Below are positions 8,901-18,859 of a stretch of 58,147 nucleotides of DNA, in pieces. Both the position numbers and the translations under genes were made by a program. The notes beneath the pieces were generated by a model. That model saw only the letters and a program-made list of their open reading frames with translations. It searched no databases and was not told the DNA's origin. This stretch comes from Candidatus Omnitrophota bacterium (GTDB lineage Bacteria > Omnitrophota > Omnitrophia > Omnitrophales > Aquincolibacteriaceae), in NCBI GenBank assembly GCA_018883425.1, contig VFQY01000006.1, forward strand, positions 1 through 58,147, read 5' to 3'. How positions within the stretch are numbered: position 1 is the stretch's first letter; each line of letters begins with the position of its first letter.

Positions 8901-10569
8901 TGCAGCTCTTGGGCTCGGGTTTCAGCAAGTTGCGCTCGGGTCCGATGTTGGTTTCCGAAGACGTGACGATTTCTTCGCGGATACAGTCGATCGGCGGATT
9001 AGTCACTTGGGCAAAAAGCTGTTTGAAGTAATTGTAAAGGAGGTGGGGCTTGTTGGAGAGAACAGCCAGCGGCGTATCGGTTCCCATCGAACCGACCGGT
9101 TCCACTCCGTCACGGCCCATCGGGGCCATGATGACGCGCAAATCTTCAAAAGTGTAGCCGAAAGCCTGCTGACGCAGCAGGATCGTCTTATGCTCGGGCT
9201 CATGGACATGCGGAGCTTCCGGAAGGCTCTCAAGATGCACCAAGTTATCCTTGAGCCATTCACGGTATGGATGCTCGCGGACAATCTTTTGTTTAATTTC
9301 TTCGTCGGCGACGATGCGGCCCTCGCGGGTGTCGATGAGAAACATACGGCCGGGCTGAAGACGTCCTTTTTCCAAGACGCGTTCGGGCGCGATTTCCAGA
9401 ACGCCTACCTCGGAGGCCATCACGACCAAATCATCTTTCGTGACATAATACCGCGAGGGTCTCAAGCCGTTACGGTCCAGAATGGCTCCGATCTGAATTC
9501 CGTCGGTGAAGACAATCGAGGCCGGGCCGTCCCAGGGCTCCATGAGGCTGGCGTGATACTCGTAAAAAGCCTTCTTCTCATCACTCATACCTTCATGATT
9601 CGACCAAGGCTCGGGAATCATCATCATCACCGCATGGGGTAATGAACGTCCGCCCAGGACCAAAAACTCAAGGCAGTTGTCAAACATCGCTGAATCGCTT
9701 CCGTCCGGGGCAATCACCGGAAGAAGTTTCTTCATATCGGGGCCGAAAAGCTCGGACGCGCACATCGCCTGCCGGGCATGCATCCAGTTGACGTTGCCGC
9801 GCAGGGTGTTGATTTCTCCGTTGTGGGCAATAAATCTGTAAGGATGAGCCCGATCCCAGCTCGGGAAGGTATTCGTGCTGAAGCGGGAGTGCACCAGCGC
9901 CAGAGCGCTCTTGAGGTTCGGGTCTCCGAGCTCGGGATAAAATTCTCCGACCTGCTCAGACATCAGCATTCCCTTGTAGATGAGCGTGCGGTGAGAAAAG
10001 CTCGGGATATAAAAATATTTTCCGCTCTTCACGCCAGCGTAACGGATTTCGTTCTCGGCCCGCCGGCGGATCACATAAAGCTTGCGCTCGAATGCCAAGG
10101 GATCCGTCATGCCCGCATCGCGGCCGACAAAAATTTGTTTTACGACAGGCTCTTCGGAACGGGCCGTCGGTCCCATCGTGGAGTTGTCCGTCGGCACTTT
10201 GCGCCAGCCGAGAAGCTTCTGCCCCTCTTCCTGAATGATCTTCTCAAGAGTCTTTTCCGCGGCTTTGCGGTCTTCTTTATCCGACGGAAGGTAAACCATG
10301 CCGACGCCGTATTGACCTTCTGCGGGAAGCTGTATCCCGATGCCCGCACACGCCTCTTGGAGAAATTCGTGAGGTACCTGGATGAGGATGCCGGCTCCGT
10401 CGCCGGTGTTGGCCTCGCAGCCGCATGCGCCGCGATGCCGGAGATTGTTGAGGACCGTCAAGGCCTGCTGAACAATTTCATGAGATTTCTTTCCCTTGAT
10501 GTGGGCGACAAAACCCACACCGCAGGCATCGTGTTCGAATTGGGGATCGTAAAGACCTTGTTTTTGCAT
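5989..10569 (-). CDS. gltB: Glutamate synthase large (alpha) subunit
   Basis: EHDA|CGVGF Ntn amidotransferase start, [22 protein letters not shown] domain, [12 protein letters not shown] 3Fe-4S motif, GXGXG C-terminal domain. Confidence 0.98.
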   Translation of the reverse strand: MQKQGLYDPQFEHDACGVGFVAHIKGKKSHEIVQQALTVLNNLRHRGACGCEANTGDGAGILIQVPHEFLQEACAGIGIQLPAEGQYGVGMVYLPSDKEDRKAAEKTLEKIIQEEGQKLLGWRKVPTDNSTMGPTARSEEPVVKQIFVGRDAGMTDPLAFERKLYVIRRRAENEIRYAGVKSGKYFYIPSFSHRTLIYKGMLMSEQVGEFYPELGDPNLKSALALVHSRFSTNTFPSWDRAHPYRFIAHNGEINTLRGNVNWMHARQAMCASELFGPDMKKLLPVIAPDGSDSAMFDNCLEFLVLGGRSLPHAVMMMIPEPWSNHEGMSDEKKAFYEYHASLMEPWDGPASIVFTDGIQIGAILDRNGLRPSRYYVTKDDLVVMASEVGVLEIAPERVLEKGRLQPGRMFLIDTREGRIVADEEIKQKIVREHPYREWLKDNLVHLESLPEAPHVHEPEHKTILLRQQAFGYTFEDLRVIMAPMGRDGVEPVGSMGTDTPLAVLSNKPHLLYNYFKQLFAQVTNPPIDCIREEIVTSSETNIGPERNLLKPEPKSCRQIRLKSPILSNEDFERLRHINHRDFKSVTLPILYSADGGGEALEAALEKMYELASRAIKNGSNLIVLSDRGISHEHAAIPALLAVAGLHHHLIREGTRTKVGIILESGEPREVHHFALLIGYGAGAINPYLAFETLDDMIRQGLLKGVDHKTAVKNYVKAVTKGVVKTMSKMGISTIQSYCGAQIFEAVGLNQALVDKYFTWTPSRIAGIGLEQLADEVTRRHRHAFPDRQVNGQTLDVGGQYQWRKDGEYHLFNPETIHKLQASTRTGNYQLFRGYSDAVNQQAKNLCTLRGLLDLKFAENPIPLEEVESVETIVKRFKTGAMSYGSISKEAHESLAVAMNRIGGKSNTGEGGEDPERYGPQPNGDSKNSAIKQVASGRFGVTSEYLVNAREIQIKMAQGAKPGEGGQLPGSKVYPWIAKVRHSTPGVGLISPPPHHDIYSIEDLAELIHDLKNANTQARISVKLVSEVGVGTIAAGVAKAHADVVLISGYDGGTGASPLSSIKHAGAPWELGLAETHQTLVLNNLRSRIVVETDGQLKTGRDVVIAALLGAEEFGFATSPLVVLGCIMMRVCHLNTCPVGVATQNPELRKKFTGDPAHVVNFMRFIAEEMRELMARLGFRTVNEMIGRTDRLDCRKAVDHWKAKGLDLTPILHQPQVSPAVGRYAQIPQDHGLDNALDNQVLLELAEPALSRGEKVKATIHVRNTNRVVGTILGSEVTRRYGSRGLPEDTIHLHFTGSAGQSFGAFVPKGMTLELEGDANDYVGKGLSGGKIMVYPPKTATFKPEDNMIIGNVALYGATEGEAYIRGMAGERFCVRNSGVWAVVEAVGDHGCEYMTGGRVAVLGPTGRNFAAGMSGGVAYVLDIHGDFASKCNKQMVALESVETESEKLELRNMIEKHQQYTNSSRAAHILNLWDEMLPRFIKVMPKDYKRVLQCMEKVKGAGLSGDEAIMAAFQENARDLSRVGGN

Positions 10570-10602
10570 AGCGCTTTATGAAGTCCTTTTCTGGGGTTGG
10601 GT

Positions 10603-10673
10603 ATTTTCTTGCATTTCAGGAGCAGTGTCAAAAGTTTTTTGCGTTTGACGCCGGGCGGGCAGAGCCCTATGCT
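10603..10673. promoter_or_regulatory. Back-to-back sigma70-like promoters for gltB and the MFS gene
   Basis: Plus: TTGACG (10645-10650), 17 bp, TATGCT (10668-10673). Minus: TTGACA (10631-10626), 17 bp, GAAAAT (10608-10603). Confidence 0.6.
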
Positions 10674-10696
10674 CTTCTTAAAGGGGGTAGCCCTGG

Positions 10697-11920
10697 GTGA
10701 AACAACGAATCTTTTTCCTGCCGCTTTCAAGCTGGGCTCTTTACGATCTGGCCAACACCCTTTTTTCCGCGGTCGTTCTGACGGTGTACTTTCCCCTCTA
10801 CCTGACCTCGCTGACGGGATCCAATTCGGTTTTAGGCGCCGTGACGACCGGCTCCATGATCCTGGCCGGAATCATGACGCCATGGGCAGGAGCTCTCACC
10901 GACAGAACCGGAAAGACGAAACTCTACCTTCTCTATTCCACAGTGTGCTGCACCGGCTCTCTGGCTGTTCTGTCTGTTTTTAGAACACCCCTTCCGCTGC
11001 TGACGGCTTTTGTCGCCGCTTGTTTTTTTTATCACGCTTCGCTGGTTTTCTATAACGCTCTGCTGCCCTGCGCCGCGCCGCCGGAAAAACAAGGCTTCGC
11101 CTCGGGACTCGGAACCGGGCTGGGCTACCTGGGAGTTGTTCTGGCCTTGCCGATCATGAATCAAATCGACAAGGCTTACGGCGTTTCGGCTGTCTTTCTT
11201 GCCTGCGCCTTTTGGTTTCTGATCCTGAGCCTTCCCCTCTTTCTTTTTGTTCCGGAGCGGGCCGTCTCAAAACCGCAGCGGCCCGCGGCCGGAGACTTCA
11301 GGCGGGAGTGGTCCGCCGTGTTCGCCTCTGTCGGATCACTTCCTCAATCTCCAAAACTCATGTTCTTTCTGGCCGGAAATTTTTTTCTCGTCGATGCCGT
11401 CAACAGCGTCATTTTCTGGCTGTCCGTCTATATCCGGGACATTTTCAACCCTCCGCAGGATCAGCTCATTTTTGTGCTGACGGGACTCAACGTCAGCGCT
11501 TTCTTATCGGGGCTGGTCAGCGGTTTTCTTTGTGACCGCTTCGGATCCCTCAAAATCCTCATTCTCTCGGGGGTCTCACTTCTCGCCACGCTGATTGGAC
11601 TGACTCAGCCCTTGAGTTTTCCGGTTTTTACAGCCGTTTGTTTCGCCGGCGGATCCTTCGCTCTCGCCGGCACATGGACGGCGGGAAGAAAGGCCGTCAT
11701 GGAACTTTCACCTGCGGAAAAAACCGGAGAGTACTTCGGACTTTACGGCCTGACGACCAAAATTTCAGTAGGGGGGAGTTTTCTTTACAGCCTCGCCTCT
11801 GACGCCTTCGGCATGCGCCAGGGGCTGGGAGTTTTGATTGTCTCGGCGGCGCTGGGCACAGTGCTTTTAGTCCGCTCTGCCTTATGCGGCCGCTGTTCTC
11901 AAGGAAATCTCAGGCTTTGA
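10697..11920 (+). CDS. MFS transporter (UMF1/Atg22-like family)
   Basis: WALYDLANTLFS N-terminal motif, GALTDRTG and GFLCDRFG MFS loops, about 12 hydrophobic segments. Confidence 0.85.
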   Translation: MKQRIFFLPLSSWALYDLANTLFSAVVLTVYFPLYLTSLTGSNSVLGAVTTGSMILAGIMTPWAGALTDRTGKTKLYLLYSTVCCTGSLAVLSVFRTPLPLLTAFVAACFFYHASLVFYNALLPCAAPPEKQGFASGLGTGLGYLGVVLALPIMNQIDKAYGVSAVFLACAFWFLILSLPLFLFVPERAVSKPQRPAAGDFRREWSAVFASVGSLPQSPKLMFFLAGNFFLVDAVNSVIFWLSVYIRDIFNPPQDQLIFVLTGLNVSAFLSGLVSGFLCDRFGSLKILILSGVSLLATLIGLTQPLSFPVFTAVCFAGGSFALAGTWTAGRKAVMELSPAEKTGEYFGLYGLTTKISVGGSFLYSLASDAFGMRQGLGVLIVSAALGTVLLVRSALCGRCSQGNLRL

Positions 11921-12167
11921 GCTTCCGGTCCAGATCGCCGGATTGAGCCATGCGGTGGAGGTCATCGCATCCGCCGACGAATTCATTTCCGATAAAAATC
12001 ATGGGAACCGTCATCCATCCTGTCTGAGATTGAAGTTTTTCCCGGGTCGGGCCGTCCTCGGTCAAATCAATTTCCTGAAAATCGATGTGCCGGTTCTTGA
12101 GCAGATTCTTAGCTTTCGTGCAGTAGGGACAATATTGCGTCGTGTAGATTTTGACTTTGGCACTCAT
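11910..12167 (-). CDS. grxC: Glutaredoxin 3
   Basis: CPYC active site, TVP and GGCDDL motifs; start placed at MSAKVK with a GGAGG RBS. Confidence 0.9.
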   Translation of the reverse strand: MSAKVKIYTTQYCPYCTKAKNLLKNRHIDFQEIDLTEDGPTREKLQSQTGWMTVPMIFIGNEFVGGCDDLHRMAQSGDLDRKLKA

Positions 12168-12183
12168 CTTTTCCTCCGGCCCT

Positions 12184-13362
12184 TTAGGCGACTTGCGCAA
12201 TTCGGATAAGGACTTCTTCAATCACCCGGTTCGGCGTCGAGGCCCCGGCGGTCAGACCGATCCGCACCTCTCCCGAGGGAAGCCATCCCAGGGTTTCCAA
12301 AATATCCTGCGCCATGACTTTCTTATGACGGATGACTTCGCGCGAAAGGATGCACTCTGCGTCCTGCACGTGATAGGCCGGGCAGTGTTCCAGTGAGATT
12401 TCAACCAGGTGCCCGGTGTTGCTCGAGTTATAACCGCCGACCACAATCATGAGATCCACGCCGGCGCGGACAAGCTTCAGCACGGCATCCTGGCGGTCCT
12501 GCGTCGCCGAACAAATCGTGTCAAAGTGTTTGAAGCGCTCAAGAGCTCCCGATTCGCCGTGCCGGCGCACCATGGCTTCGCGCAGCTGATTGGCAATTCC
12601 GAGCGACTCGCTTGAAAGCATCGTTGTCTGGTTCGCGCACCCGATCCGCCCGAGATCTTTCTCAGGATCAAAGCCGGCCGAGACGGCATGCCGAAGCGAG
12701 GCCATAAAAGCCTCGTGGGAGACCCGGCCCTCAATACATCCGCAAACAATCTCCGCCTGAGCATGGTCTCGAACAATCACATAGCGTCCGGCGCGGGAAC
12801 TGGTGGCCAATGTCTCCTCATGATCAAACTGCCCGTGAATGATCGATGTGAAACCGTCACGGTTGTAGGACTCCACCCGCTTCCAAACGCTCATAACGGA
12901 TCCGCACGTCGTGTCGACCAGAACGCAGCCCCGTCTTTGAAGCTTCTCCAGTTCCGCCGTCGGATTTCCGAAAGCGGGAATCAGCACAACGTCCTCAGGG
13001 CAGAGATCTTCGGCCGTAACACCCTGCCCTTGCCGGCGGGACAGAAATTCGATCCCCAATTCCTGGAGTTTGGCATTCACGCGCGGGTTATGAATGATCT
13101 CATTGGTTAAAAAAATCCTCCGGTCCGGAAATTTTGCGCGGGTCTCATAGGCATAATCAATCGCACGGTCGACCCCGTAGCAAAAACCGAACTCTTCTGC
13201 CAGACGGAAAGTGAGACGTCCGGAACGGTGGATAAATCCTTCGCTTTTAATCCGCTCAATCAGCGGGCTGCTGTAGGCTTGCCTGAGCTGGGGATCAATT
13301 TCCTTTTTGAGGCCGAAACTTTTGCGGATGATCTCCGCCTTGAGCGGCTCGGGAGAGGCCAT
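12184..13362 (-). CDS. ispH: 4-hydroxy-3-methylbut-2-enyl diphosphate reductase
   Basis: FGFCYGV, IIHN, DTTC, NQTTM, TICSATQDRQ, SSNT and TAGASTP motifs; start moved to MASPEP. Confidence 0.95.
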   Translation of the reverse strand: MASPEPLKAEIIRKSFGLKKEIDPQLRQAYSSPLIERIKSEGFIHRSGRLTFRLAEEFGFCYGVDRAIDYAYETRAKFPDRRIFLTNEIIHNPRVNAKLQELGIEFLSRRQGQGVTAEDLCPEDVVLIPAFGNPTAELEKLQRRGCVLVDTTCGSVMSVWKRVESYNRDGFTSIIHGQFDHEETLATSSRAGRYVIVRDHAQAEIVCGCIEGRVSHEAFMASLRHAVSAGFDPEKDLGRIGCANQTTMLSSESLGIANQLREAMVRRHGESGALERFKHFDTICSATQDRQDAVLKLVRAGVDLMIVVGGYNSSNTGHLVEISLEHCPAYHVQDAECILSREVIRHKKVMAQDILETLGWLPSGEVRIGLTAGASTPNRVIEEVLIRIAQVA

Positions 13363-13379
13363 GGGATTTTCCTCACCGT

Positions 13380-14387
13380 TCACAGAGACGCCGTCGGGAG
13401 CTGCTTGATCGAGACCCCCGCGGCGCGCAGAAGGTGGAGGGACGTTTCGCTCATCGGATACTGGACGTTGAAAACAACTTCGCGGATTCCCGCGTTGATA
13501 ATCATTTTGGTGCACATCAAACAGGGAGAAAAGGTGGTGTAGAGCACCGAATCCTTGATGCAGACCCCATGATAAGCCGACTGCACAATAGCGTTTTCCT
13601 CAGCATGGGAACAGAGACATTCGTCAAGACCTTTACCCGAACTGTCAATCGCGTTGCAGCGCGGACAGCCGCCCTCACTGCAGTTCTTCACACCCCGGGG
13701 TGTCCCGTTGTATCCCGTCGCGATAATACGCTTCTCCTTGGTAATCACGGCAGCGACCTTGCGCTTGATGCAGTTGGAACGCAGCGCCACAACTTTTGCA
13801 ATCCCCATGAAATACTCATCCCAATCGGGCCGGTTCTGCTTCTTCGAGAAATCCAGCAGAACTTCTTTGACCTGGTCATGGAGCATCTTGATGGGCCCCG
13901 TATTCTCAAGGGTAACGTCCGCCATCGAAATAGCCCGGTCGAGCTGCTGATCGCTGGCATTCTCGCTCACAGCCTCGCGTTTTTCGAGGGCAAGAAACTC
14001 CTCAAAGGTCACGGGATCCTTTTCGCGCGCGCGCTGACGGAGCCTCTCAAAACGCAGCCTTTCGGGCGCCTTCACATTGGCCAGCAAAAAATCCGATCGC
14101 CGGCGCAGAACCTGAATCTCGTTGGGATGCCGGACAGAATCAATCACATAGTGCTTTTCGGGATCGAGGCGGGAGAAAATTTTTTCGGCCAGTGCGCCGG
14201 GGCCCAGATCGCGGCGCAATCGGTTTCCCATTTCGACCAGCACTTCACGGGAAACCGCGAGACCCTCTTTCTGGGCTTCTTCACGAAGAACGTCAGAAAG
14301 GGAGTAGTAACAAAACCCGCGGTCCTGGAGATATTTTGCGACTTCGCCTTTGCCGGCGCCGTTTTTTCCTGTCAGACCAATGATCAT
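13380..14387 (-). CDS. P-loop nucleotide-kinase-like domain fused to dCMP deaminase
   Basis: N-terminal IIGLTGKNGAGKG P-loop; C-terminal RPDWDEYFM, TGYNG, HAEENA and PCLMC zinc deaminase motifs. Confidence 0.88.
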   Translation of the reverse strand: MIIGLTGKNGAGKGEVAKYLQDRGFCYYSLSDVLREEAQKEGLAVSREVLVEMGNRLRRDLGPGALAEKIFSRLDPEKHYVIDSVRHPNEIQVLRRRSDFLLANVKAPERLRFERLRQRAREKDPVTFEEFLALEKREAVSENASDQQLDRAISMADVTLENTGPIKMLHDQVKEVLLDFSKKQNRPDWDEYFMGIAKVVALRSNCIKRKVAAVITKEKRIIATGYNGTPRGVKNCSEGGCPRCNAIDSSGKGLDECLCSHAEENAIVQSAYHGVCIKDSVLYTTFSPCLMCTKMIINAGIREVVFNVQYPMSETSLHLLRAAGVSIKQLPTASL

Positions 14388-14449
14388 GGCGTCATGATAA
14401 CGGAAGCGGCCCCGTGAGGCAAGGGGCACGATCGCATGAAAAAGCCCTC

Positions 14450-15052
14450 TTAGCGCCTGCTTCGGGCGGGGGGCACAAGGCTTTCTGCTTCAGGGGGGAG
14501 AAAAAAGGTGCTTCCTCGATGCCTTTCCGTCAGTTCAAGAACTGAAAACGCTCTGCCCTCGATCATCTCGGGGGCAGCAAAAACTTGGCGGCAATCCGAG
14601 TCCCGTGCTCCGGTAATGCTTCCCGCGAAAGCTACACTCTGCTTTTCGAGATAAAAAACAGCATTCTCGATGTCCTCCACAAGAATCGCAGCATGGCAGA
14701 CCGGCTTTTCACCGAAAACCCGGAGCCATTCCGAGATCGGTGAATCCTGCCCGCGGGCGGATTCAGAAGCCTGCTCGATAAAAATCGCGGGGTATCCGGC
14801 TTTGCGGTAAAGCTTCCCCCATCCGCGGGCGTTTTCAAGAACTCCGAAAATCTCATCGGACTCATAACCCAGGCTGAGGAACTCACGGGCTCTTGTCTGG
14901 ACATCCTTCGTGCGGAAGGACAGACGTTCGACGAGGGGCCTCAGACCGGTTCCGACGACACGCAGGCCGTCGGCCAGGGTTTTGGCAGCCCGATTACGGG
15001 AGACAAACTCCTCGAGGTAGGTTTTAATCAAAAGCTCCAGGGGATCCTGCAT
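14450..15052 (-). CDS. VOC/glyoxalase-like hypothetical protein
   Basis: HAAILVEDIENAV and VLELTER resemble VOC/HPPD-like motifs; start placed at MQDPLE, after the terminator and a GAGGA RBS. Confidence 0.5.
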   Translation of the reverse strand: MQDPLELLIKTYLEEFVSRNRAAKTLADGLRVVGTGLRPLVERLSFRTKDVQTRAREFLSLGYESDEIFGVLENARGWGKLYRKAGYPAIFIEQASESARGQDSPISEWLRVFGEKPVCHAAILVEDIENAVFYLEKQSVAFAGSITGARDSDCRQVFAAPEMIEGRAFSVLELTERHRGSTFFLPPEAESLVPPARSRR

Positions 15053-15064
15053 CCTGAGGTCCTC

Positions 15065-15096
15065 AAATAAAAACACCGCCGGGGATCCGGCGGTGT
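15065..15096 (-). terminator. Intrinsic terminator after the ferredoxin gene
   Basis: Perfect 10-bp stem ACACCGCCGG-atcc-CCGGCGGTGT followed by TTTTATTT on the minus strand. Confidence 0.8.
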
Positions 15097-15112
15097 CTCA
15101 GGTTCGAAACGC

Positions 15113-15427
15113 TTACTGAACCAGTTTGTTGCCCGGTTTACGGGGCGGATCATCCTTGGGCCGTTCAGCGACTTTAGGGTTCTGCTTGAACGCTTCTGCG
15201 TTTTCAGCATTCACCTTCGCCCAATCCGGGCTGTAGTCTTCCGACTCCACAATCGCGCCGATCGGGCATTCCGGCAGGCAAGCGCCGCAGGTGATGCAGA
15301 TCGTGGGATCGATCACCATGAACTCTTCGCCTTTGTATTCCCCGGGATAGATACAGTCCACCGGACAAACAGCTACGCAGGAACCGTACCTTTCGCCCAG
15401 ACACTTCTCAGTAATCACATACGCCAT
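15113..15427 (-). CDS. Dicluster ferredoxin (7Fe/8Fe FdxA-like)
   Basis: MAYVITEKC...CVAVCPVDCI...CITCGACLPECP; AAGGAG RBS. Confidence 0.92.
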   Translation of the reverse strand: MAYVITEKCLGERYGSCVAVCPVDCIYPGEYKGEEFMVIDPTICITCGACLPECPIGAIVESEDYSPDWAKVNAENAEAFKQNPKVAERPKDDPPRKPGNKLVQ

Positions 15428-15511
15428 GTTCAACCGCTCCTTTCTTTCTTTATAAATGCGTCGAATGGTCTGACATTTAACGTCAAGTTCCGCCGGAAAT
15501 AAAGCGAAATA

Positions 15512-16381
15512 TCACAGCCCCTTTTCTCGGGCCATTTGCGCCAGGCGTTCCACACGGTCTTCGGTCCTGGGGTGCGTCAAGAAAAGCGTCTCGAAACCGC
15601 CCGGCTTCAGCGGATTGATAATGAACAAATGAGCGGTCGCGGGTTCGGCCTGCCGCATCGGGAGTTTCCTGGCCGAGGACTCGAGCTTTCTCAGTGCACT
15701 TGCCAAATAGAGGGGATTGCCGCAAAGCTCCCCGCCTCCGCGGTCAGCTTCATACTCCCGAGTCCTGGAAATCGCCAGCTGGATCAGCAAGGCCGCCGCG
15801 GGAAGGATCATGGCCGCCAAGAGCGTACCCAGCGGGTTGGATCCGCTTGAATGAGCGTTTTGTTTCCTGTTTCCCCCGGCCAGCAGGAACGTCCAGCGGA
15901 TCCCCGAAGCCAGCATGCTGATCGCGCCCGCTAAGACGGCCGCAATCGCGGCTGTCAGGGTGTCGCGGTGCACGATATGGGTCATCTCGTGCGCAAGAAC
16001 TCCCTCGAGTTCCTCGCGGTTGAGAAGTTCAAGGATTCCCGCCGTCACCGCCACTGCCGCATGGGCGGGATCGCGTCCGGCCGCGAAGGCATTCGGCGAG
16101 GCCGAGGGAATCACATAAAGCGCCGGCATCGGAACCTTGGCGCGGGATGCCAATTCGCTCACGATCGAAAAAAATTCGGGAGCCTCGGCCTCCGTAACCC
16201 TCTGAGCCCGGTAGAGGCCGAGAACAATTTTATCGCTGAACCAAAACGCCCCAAAGTTCATGACACAGGCCGCCGCAAAAGCCGCCAGCATCCCCGAATC
16301 GCCGCCGGCCGACCGCCCGAGAAGAACAAGCAGGACCGTCAGAAGACTCAGAAGAAAAACCGTTTTAAAAATGTTGTTCAT
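15512..16381 (-). CDS. htpX: Membrane zinc metalloprotease HtpX
   Basis: PNAFA, HEMTH (HExxH), SRTREYEAD and LTHP motifs. Confidence 0.93.
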   Translation of the reverse strand: MNNIFKTVFLLSLLTVLLVLLGRSAGGDSGMLAAFAAACVMNFGAFWFSDKIVLGLYRAQRVTEAEAPEFFSIVSELASRAKVPMPALYVIPSASPNAFAAGRDPAHAAVAVTAGILELLNREELEGVLAHEMTHIVHRDTLTAAIAAVLAGAISMLASGIRWTFLLAGGNRKQNAHSSGSNPLGTLLAAMILPAAALLIQLAISRTREYEADRGGGELCGNPLYLASALRKLESSARKLPMRQAEPATAHLFIINPLKPGGFETLFLTHPRTEDRVERLAQMAREKGL

Positions 16382-16409
16382 GCGGCTCCGGGTCCCGGGG
16401 TTTCAGCCG

Positions 16410-17033
16410 TTACGCGGTCTTCACGTCCAGCTTCTTGAGATCCCGCACCAGCTGTTCAGGATTACGGAAGCGAATGCCGTACATCCCGACGGCTCTTGCT
16501 CCGCGGATGAATTCTATTTTGTCATCCACAAAAACAGTATGTTCAGCCTTAAGGCGGACCGCCTTGAGAACCCTCTCATAAATGAGAGCGTCAGGTTTGC
16601 GGGCGCCCACCTCATGGGAAGGAAAGGTCCGGGTGAAATGCCTCAGGATCCTGAAATTCTTTTTGATGTAATCGAAGTGCATTTTGTTCGTGTTGGAAAT
16701 CAGGTAAAGCGGATAGTGCTTCTTGAGACGTGCCAGAAGTTCATCCATGCCTTCATTTTCCCAAAAAATATCGTTCCAGTAATGCTTGAAGGTCTTGAAA
16801 TCGACCGGCGTTTTGAGCACCTTCAGAGAGTGTTCATAAAATTCCCGGCACGTAATTTCTCCGCGGGTATAAGCCTTCTCCGTCTGGGAAGTAAAAAAAT
16901 GCTCCCAGGCCCGCGTCATGTTGACGCCGCATTCCTCGGCAAAACGCAGCGCTGACTTCTTTGCGTCAAAATTCAGGAGAACGTTGCCGAGATCGAAAAT
17001 GACTGAGTGAATTTCAGGTTTTTCTTTCGCCAT
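16410..17033 (-). CDS. HAD-family phosphatase (YihX-like)
   Basis: FDLGNV motif I, SNTN, KPD and FVDD. Confidence 0.88.
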   Translation of the reverse strand: MAKEKPEIHSVIFDLGNVLLNFDAKKSALRFAEECGVNMTRAWEHFFTSQTEKAYTRGEITCREFYEHSLKVLKTPVDFKTFKHYWNDIFWENEGMDELLARLKKHYPLYLISNTNKMHFDYIKKNFRILRHFTRTFPSHEVGARKPDALIYERVLKAVRLKAEHTVFVDDKIEFIRGARAVGMYGIRFRNPEQLVRDLKKLDVKTA

Positions 17034-17087
17034 GATGACCTGCTTTCGAAGGTTAGAGGATGCGCGGCCGGGCTGGACCTCTTTAAC

Positions 17088-17885
17088 TCAAAGCTTGAGG
17101 ACGAGGCATTTCGCGGCGCCGCCGGCCTTGATGAATTCCGAGAAATCGAGAGCATACACAGCATACCCTCTTTTTTCAAGCTCCTTGGAGACGTTCGGAC
17201 ACCCGGACGGCAAAACGACATTCTGTCCCGCCACAACGGCATTGCAGGCAAATCTCAAAGCTTCCTCCTCGGAAACCCGGATGGGATCCGGGACGGTCTC
17301 CCAGAGAATCATTTGAGAGCAGGACTCGAAGGCCGGAAAAAAAACAAGGGCGCTTTGGCTGTCGATAGGCGCGAAACAGGTGTCGAGATGATAAAAGCGT
17401 TTGTCGCAAAGCTCGAGAGCGAAATAGTCGGAGCGGAGGATCCCCGCCGCCTGTTCGTGCGCTTCGAGATCAGAACGGAAATGGTAGCCCGTATAGAGTT
17501 CCTCTCCCATCGACAGAGCGTCTCCCTCTCCCTCAAAACAGAAAGGAAGATCCAGCGTCTTGACTCTGTAGCCCCGGCTTTTAAACCATTTCTCAAAATG
17601 GGCTTCTTCACCGCGCCTCTCCTTAAAACGGAAATGACTGCGGACAAAAATACGCTCACGCACGAGCCCCGCGTTGGCGGTGAAGACAAGATCCGGCAAT
17701 CCGGGAGCGGGCGCAAGAAGCTCAACCTGGGCGTCAAGAGGCCCGCTCAGGAGCTCGTAGTAGGCTCTCCATTGGGCTTCGGCCCTCTTACGGTCGACCA
17801 GCCTCTCCACACTCATCCACGGATTGATTTCGTAGGCCACCTCGAAATAATCGGGCGGACACATCAAGAAACGGCTTTGCTGCAA
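17088..17885 (-). CDS. Amidinotransferase / dimethylarginine dimethylaminohydrolase-like (pentein) enzyme
   Basis: LMCPPDYFEVAYEINPWM, PDLVFTAN, FEGEGD, YHLDT and GGAAKCL with the catalytic Cys; TTG start with an AAGGAGGAG RBS. Confidence 0.88.
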   Translation of the reverse strand: MQQSRFLMCPPDYFEVAYEINPWMSVERLVDRKRAEAQWRAYYELLSGPLDAQVELLAPAPGLPDLVFTANAGLVRERIFVRSHFRFKERRGEEAHFEKWFKSRGYRVKTLDLPFCFEGEGDALSMGEELYTGYHFRSDLEAHEQAAGILRSDYFALELCDKRFYHLDTCFAPIDSQSALVFFPAFESCSQMILWETVPDPIRVSEEEALRFACNAVVAGQNVVLPSGCPNVSKELEKRGYAVYALDFSEFIKAGGAAKCLVLKL

Positions 17886-17974
17886 ATCTCCTCCTTAAAA
17901 AAACTGCGGGAATTCCGCTGCGGGATCACCGCCGCCGCTCTGGGGCTAACGTCTCACCCGGCCTCCCGCAGCTC

Positions 17975-18859
17975 TTACTCATAACCGAGCTTGCGGAGCG
18001 CGCCGGGGTCTGACTTCCAATCCGGAACGACCTTGACCCATAATTTAAGAAAAACTTTTTTGCCCAGAAACGCTTCAATATCTTCGCGGGCCGCCTGGCC
18101 GATTTCTTTCATCTTGAGCCCCCCTTTGCCGATCACGATGCCTTTTTGGGATTCCCGCTCCACACTGAAAGACGCGTGAATCTCCGCGATTCCATCAGGG
18201 CGCTCTTCGAATTTTTCGATAGTGACGGTCGTCCCGTAGGGAATTTCTTCGGACGTAAAGTGATAGATCTTCTCGCGGATCAGCTCCGACACAATCGAAC
18301 GTTCGGTCTGATCCGAAATCTGATCTTCAGGAAAAAGAGGGTCGCCCGCCGGAAGAAGCTCGAGGGTTTTCTTCAGAAGCACATCCGTCTGGGTTCCCAG
18401 CTTGGCCGAAATCGGAATCATGTCGGCAAACGCGTATTCCTTGGAATAAAAATCCAGGACGGGAAGAACCTCCGGCTTGGGGAATCGGTCCACCTGATTG
18501 ATCAGAAGAATGATCGGCAGCTCTGTGCGGCGCAGCGTCTGCAGAATCGCAAGATCCCCCGTATCAATCTCGCCCGGTAGAACGAGCCAGTAAAGAAGAT
18601 CCGCGCCTTCCATGGCTTTCTCCACTTCCTTGAGCATCCAGTGACCGAGTTTGTCCTTGGGTTTGTGAAGTCCCGGGGTATCCAGAAAGATCACCTGCCC
18701 CTCGGGCCGCGTTAAAATGCCCTGAACCGCTCCGCGCGTTGTTTGAGGTTTCGGAGAAACCCCGGCAATTTTGGCGCCGATCAGCTGATTGAGAAGCGTC
18801 GACTTTCCCACGTTCGGGCGTCCGACAATCGAAACATAACCGCACTTTTTAGAACTCAC
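17975..18859 (-). CDS. era: GTPase Era
   Basis: GRPNVGKST, PQTTR, DTPG and the KH-domain VIGKGG motif. Confidence 0.96.
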   Translation of the reverse strand: MSSKKCGYVSIVGRPNVGKSTLLNQLIGAKIAGVSPKPQTTRGAVQGILTRPEGQVIFLDTPGLHKPKDKLGHWMLKEVEKAMEGADLLYWLVLPGEIDTGDLAILQTLRRTELPIILLINQVDRFPKPEVLPVLDFYSKEYAFADMIPISAKLGTQTDVLLKKTLELLPAGDPLFPEDQISDQTERSIVSELIREKIYHFTSEEIPYGTTVTIEKFEERPDGIAEIHASFSVERESQKGIVIGKGGLKMKEIGQAAREDIEAFLGKKVFLKLWVKVVPDWKSDPGALRKLGYE

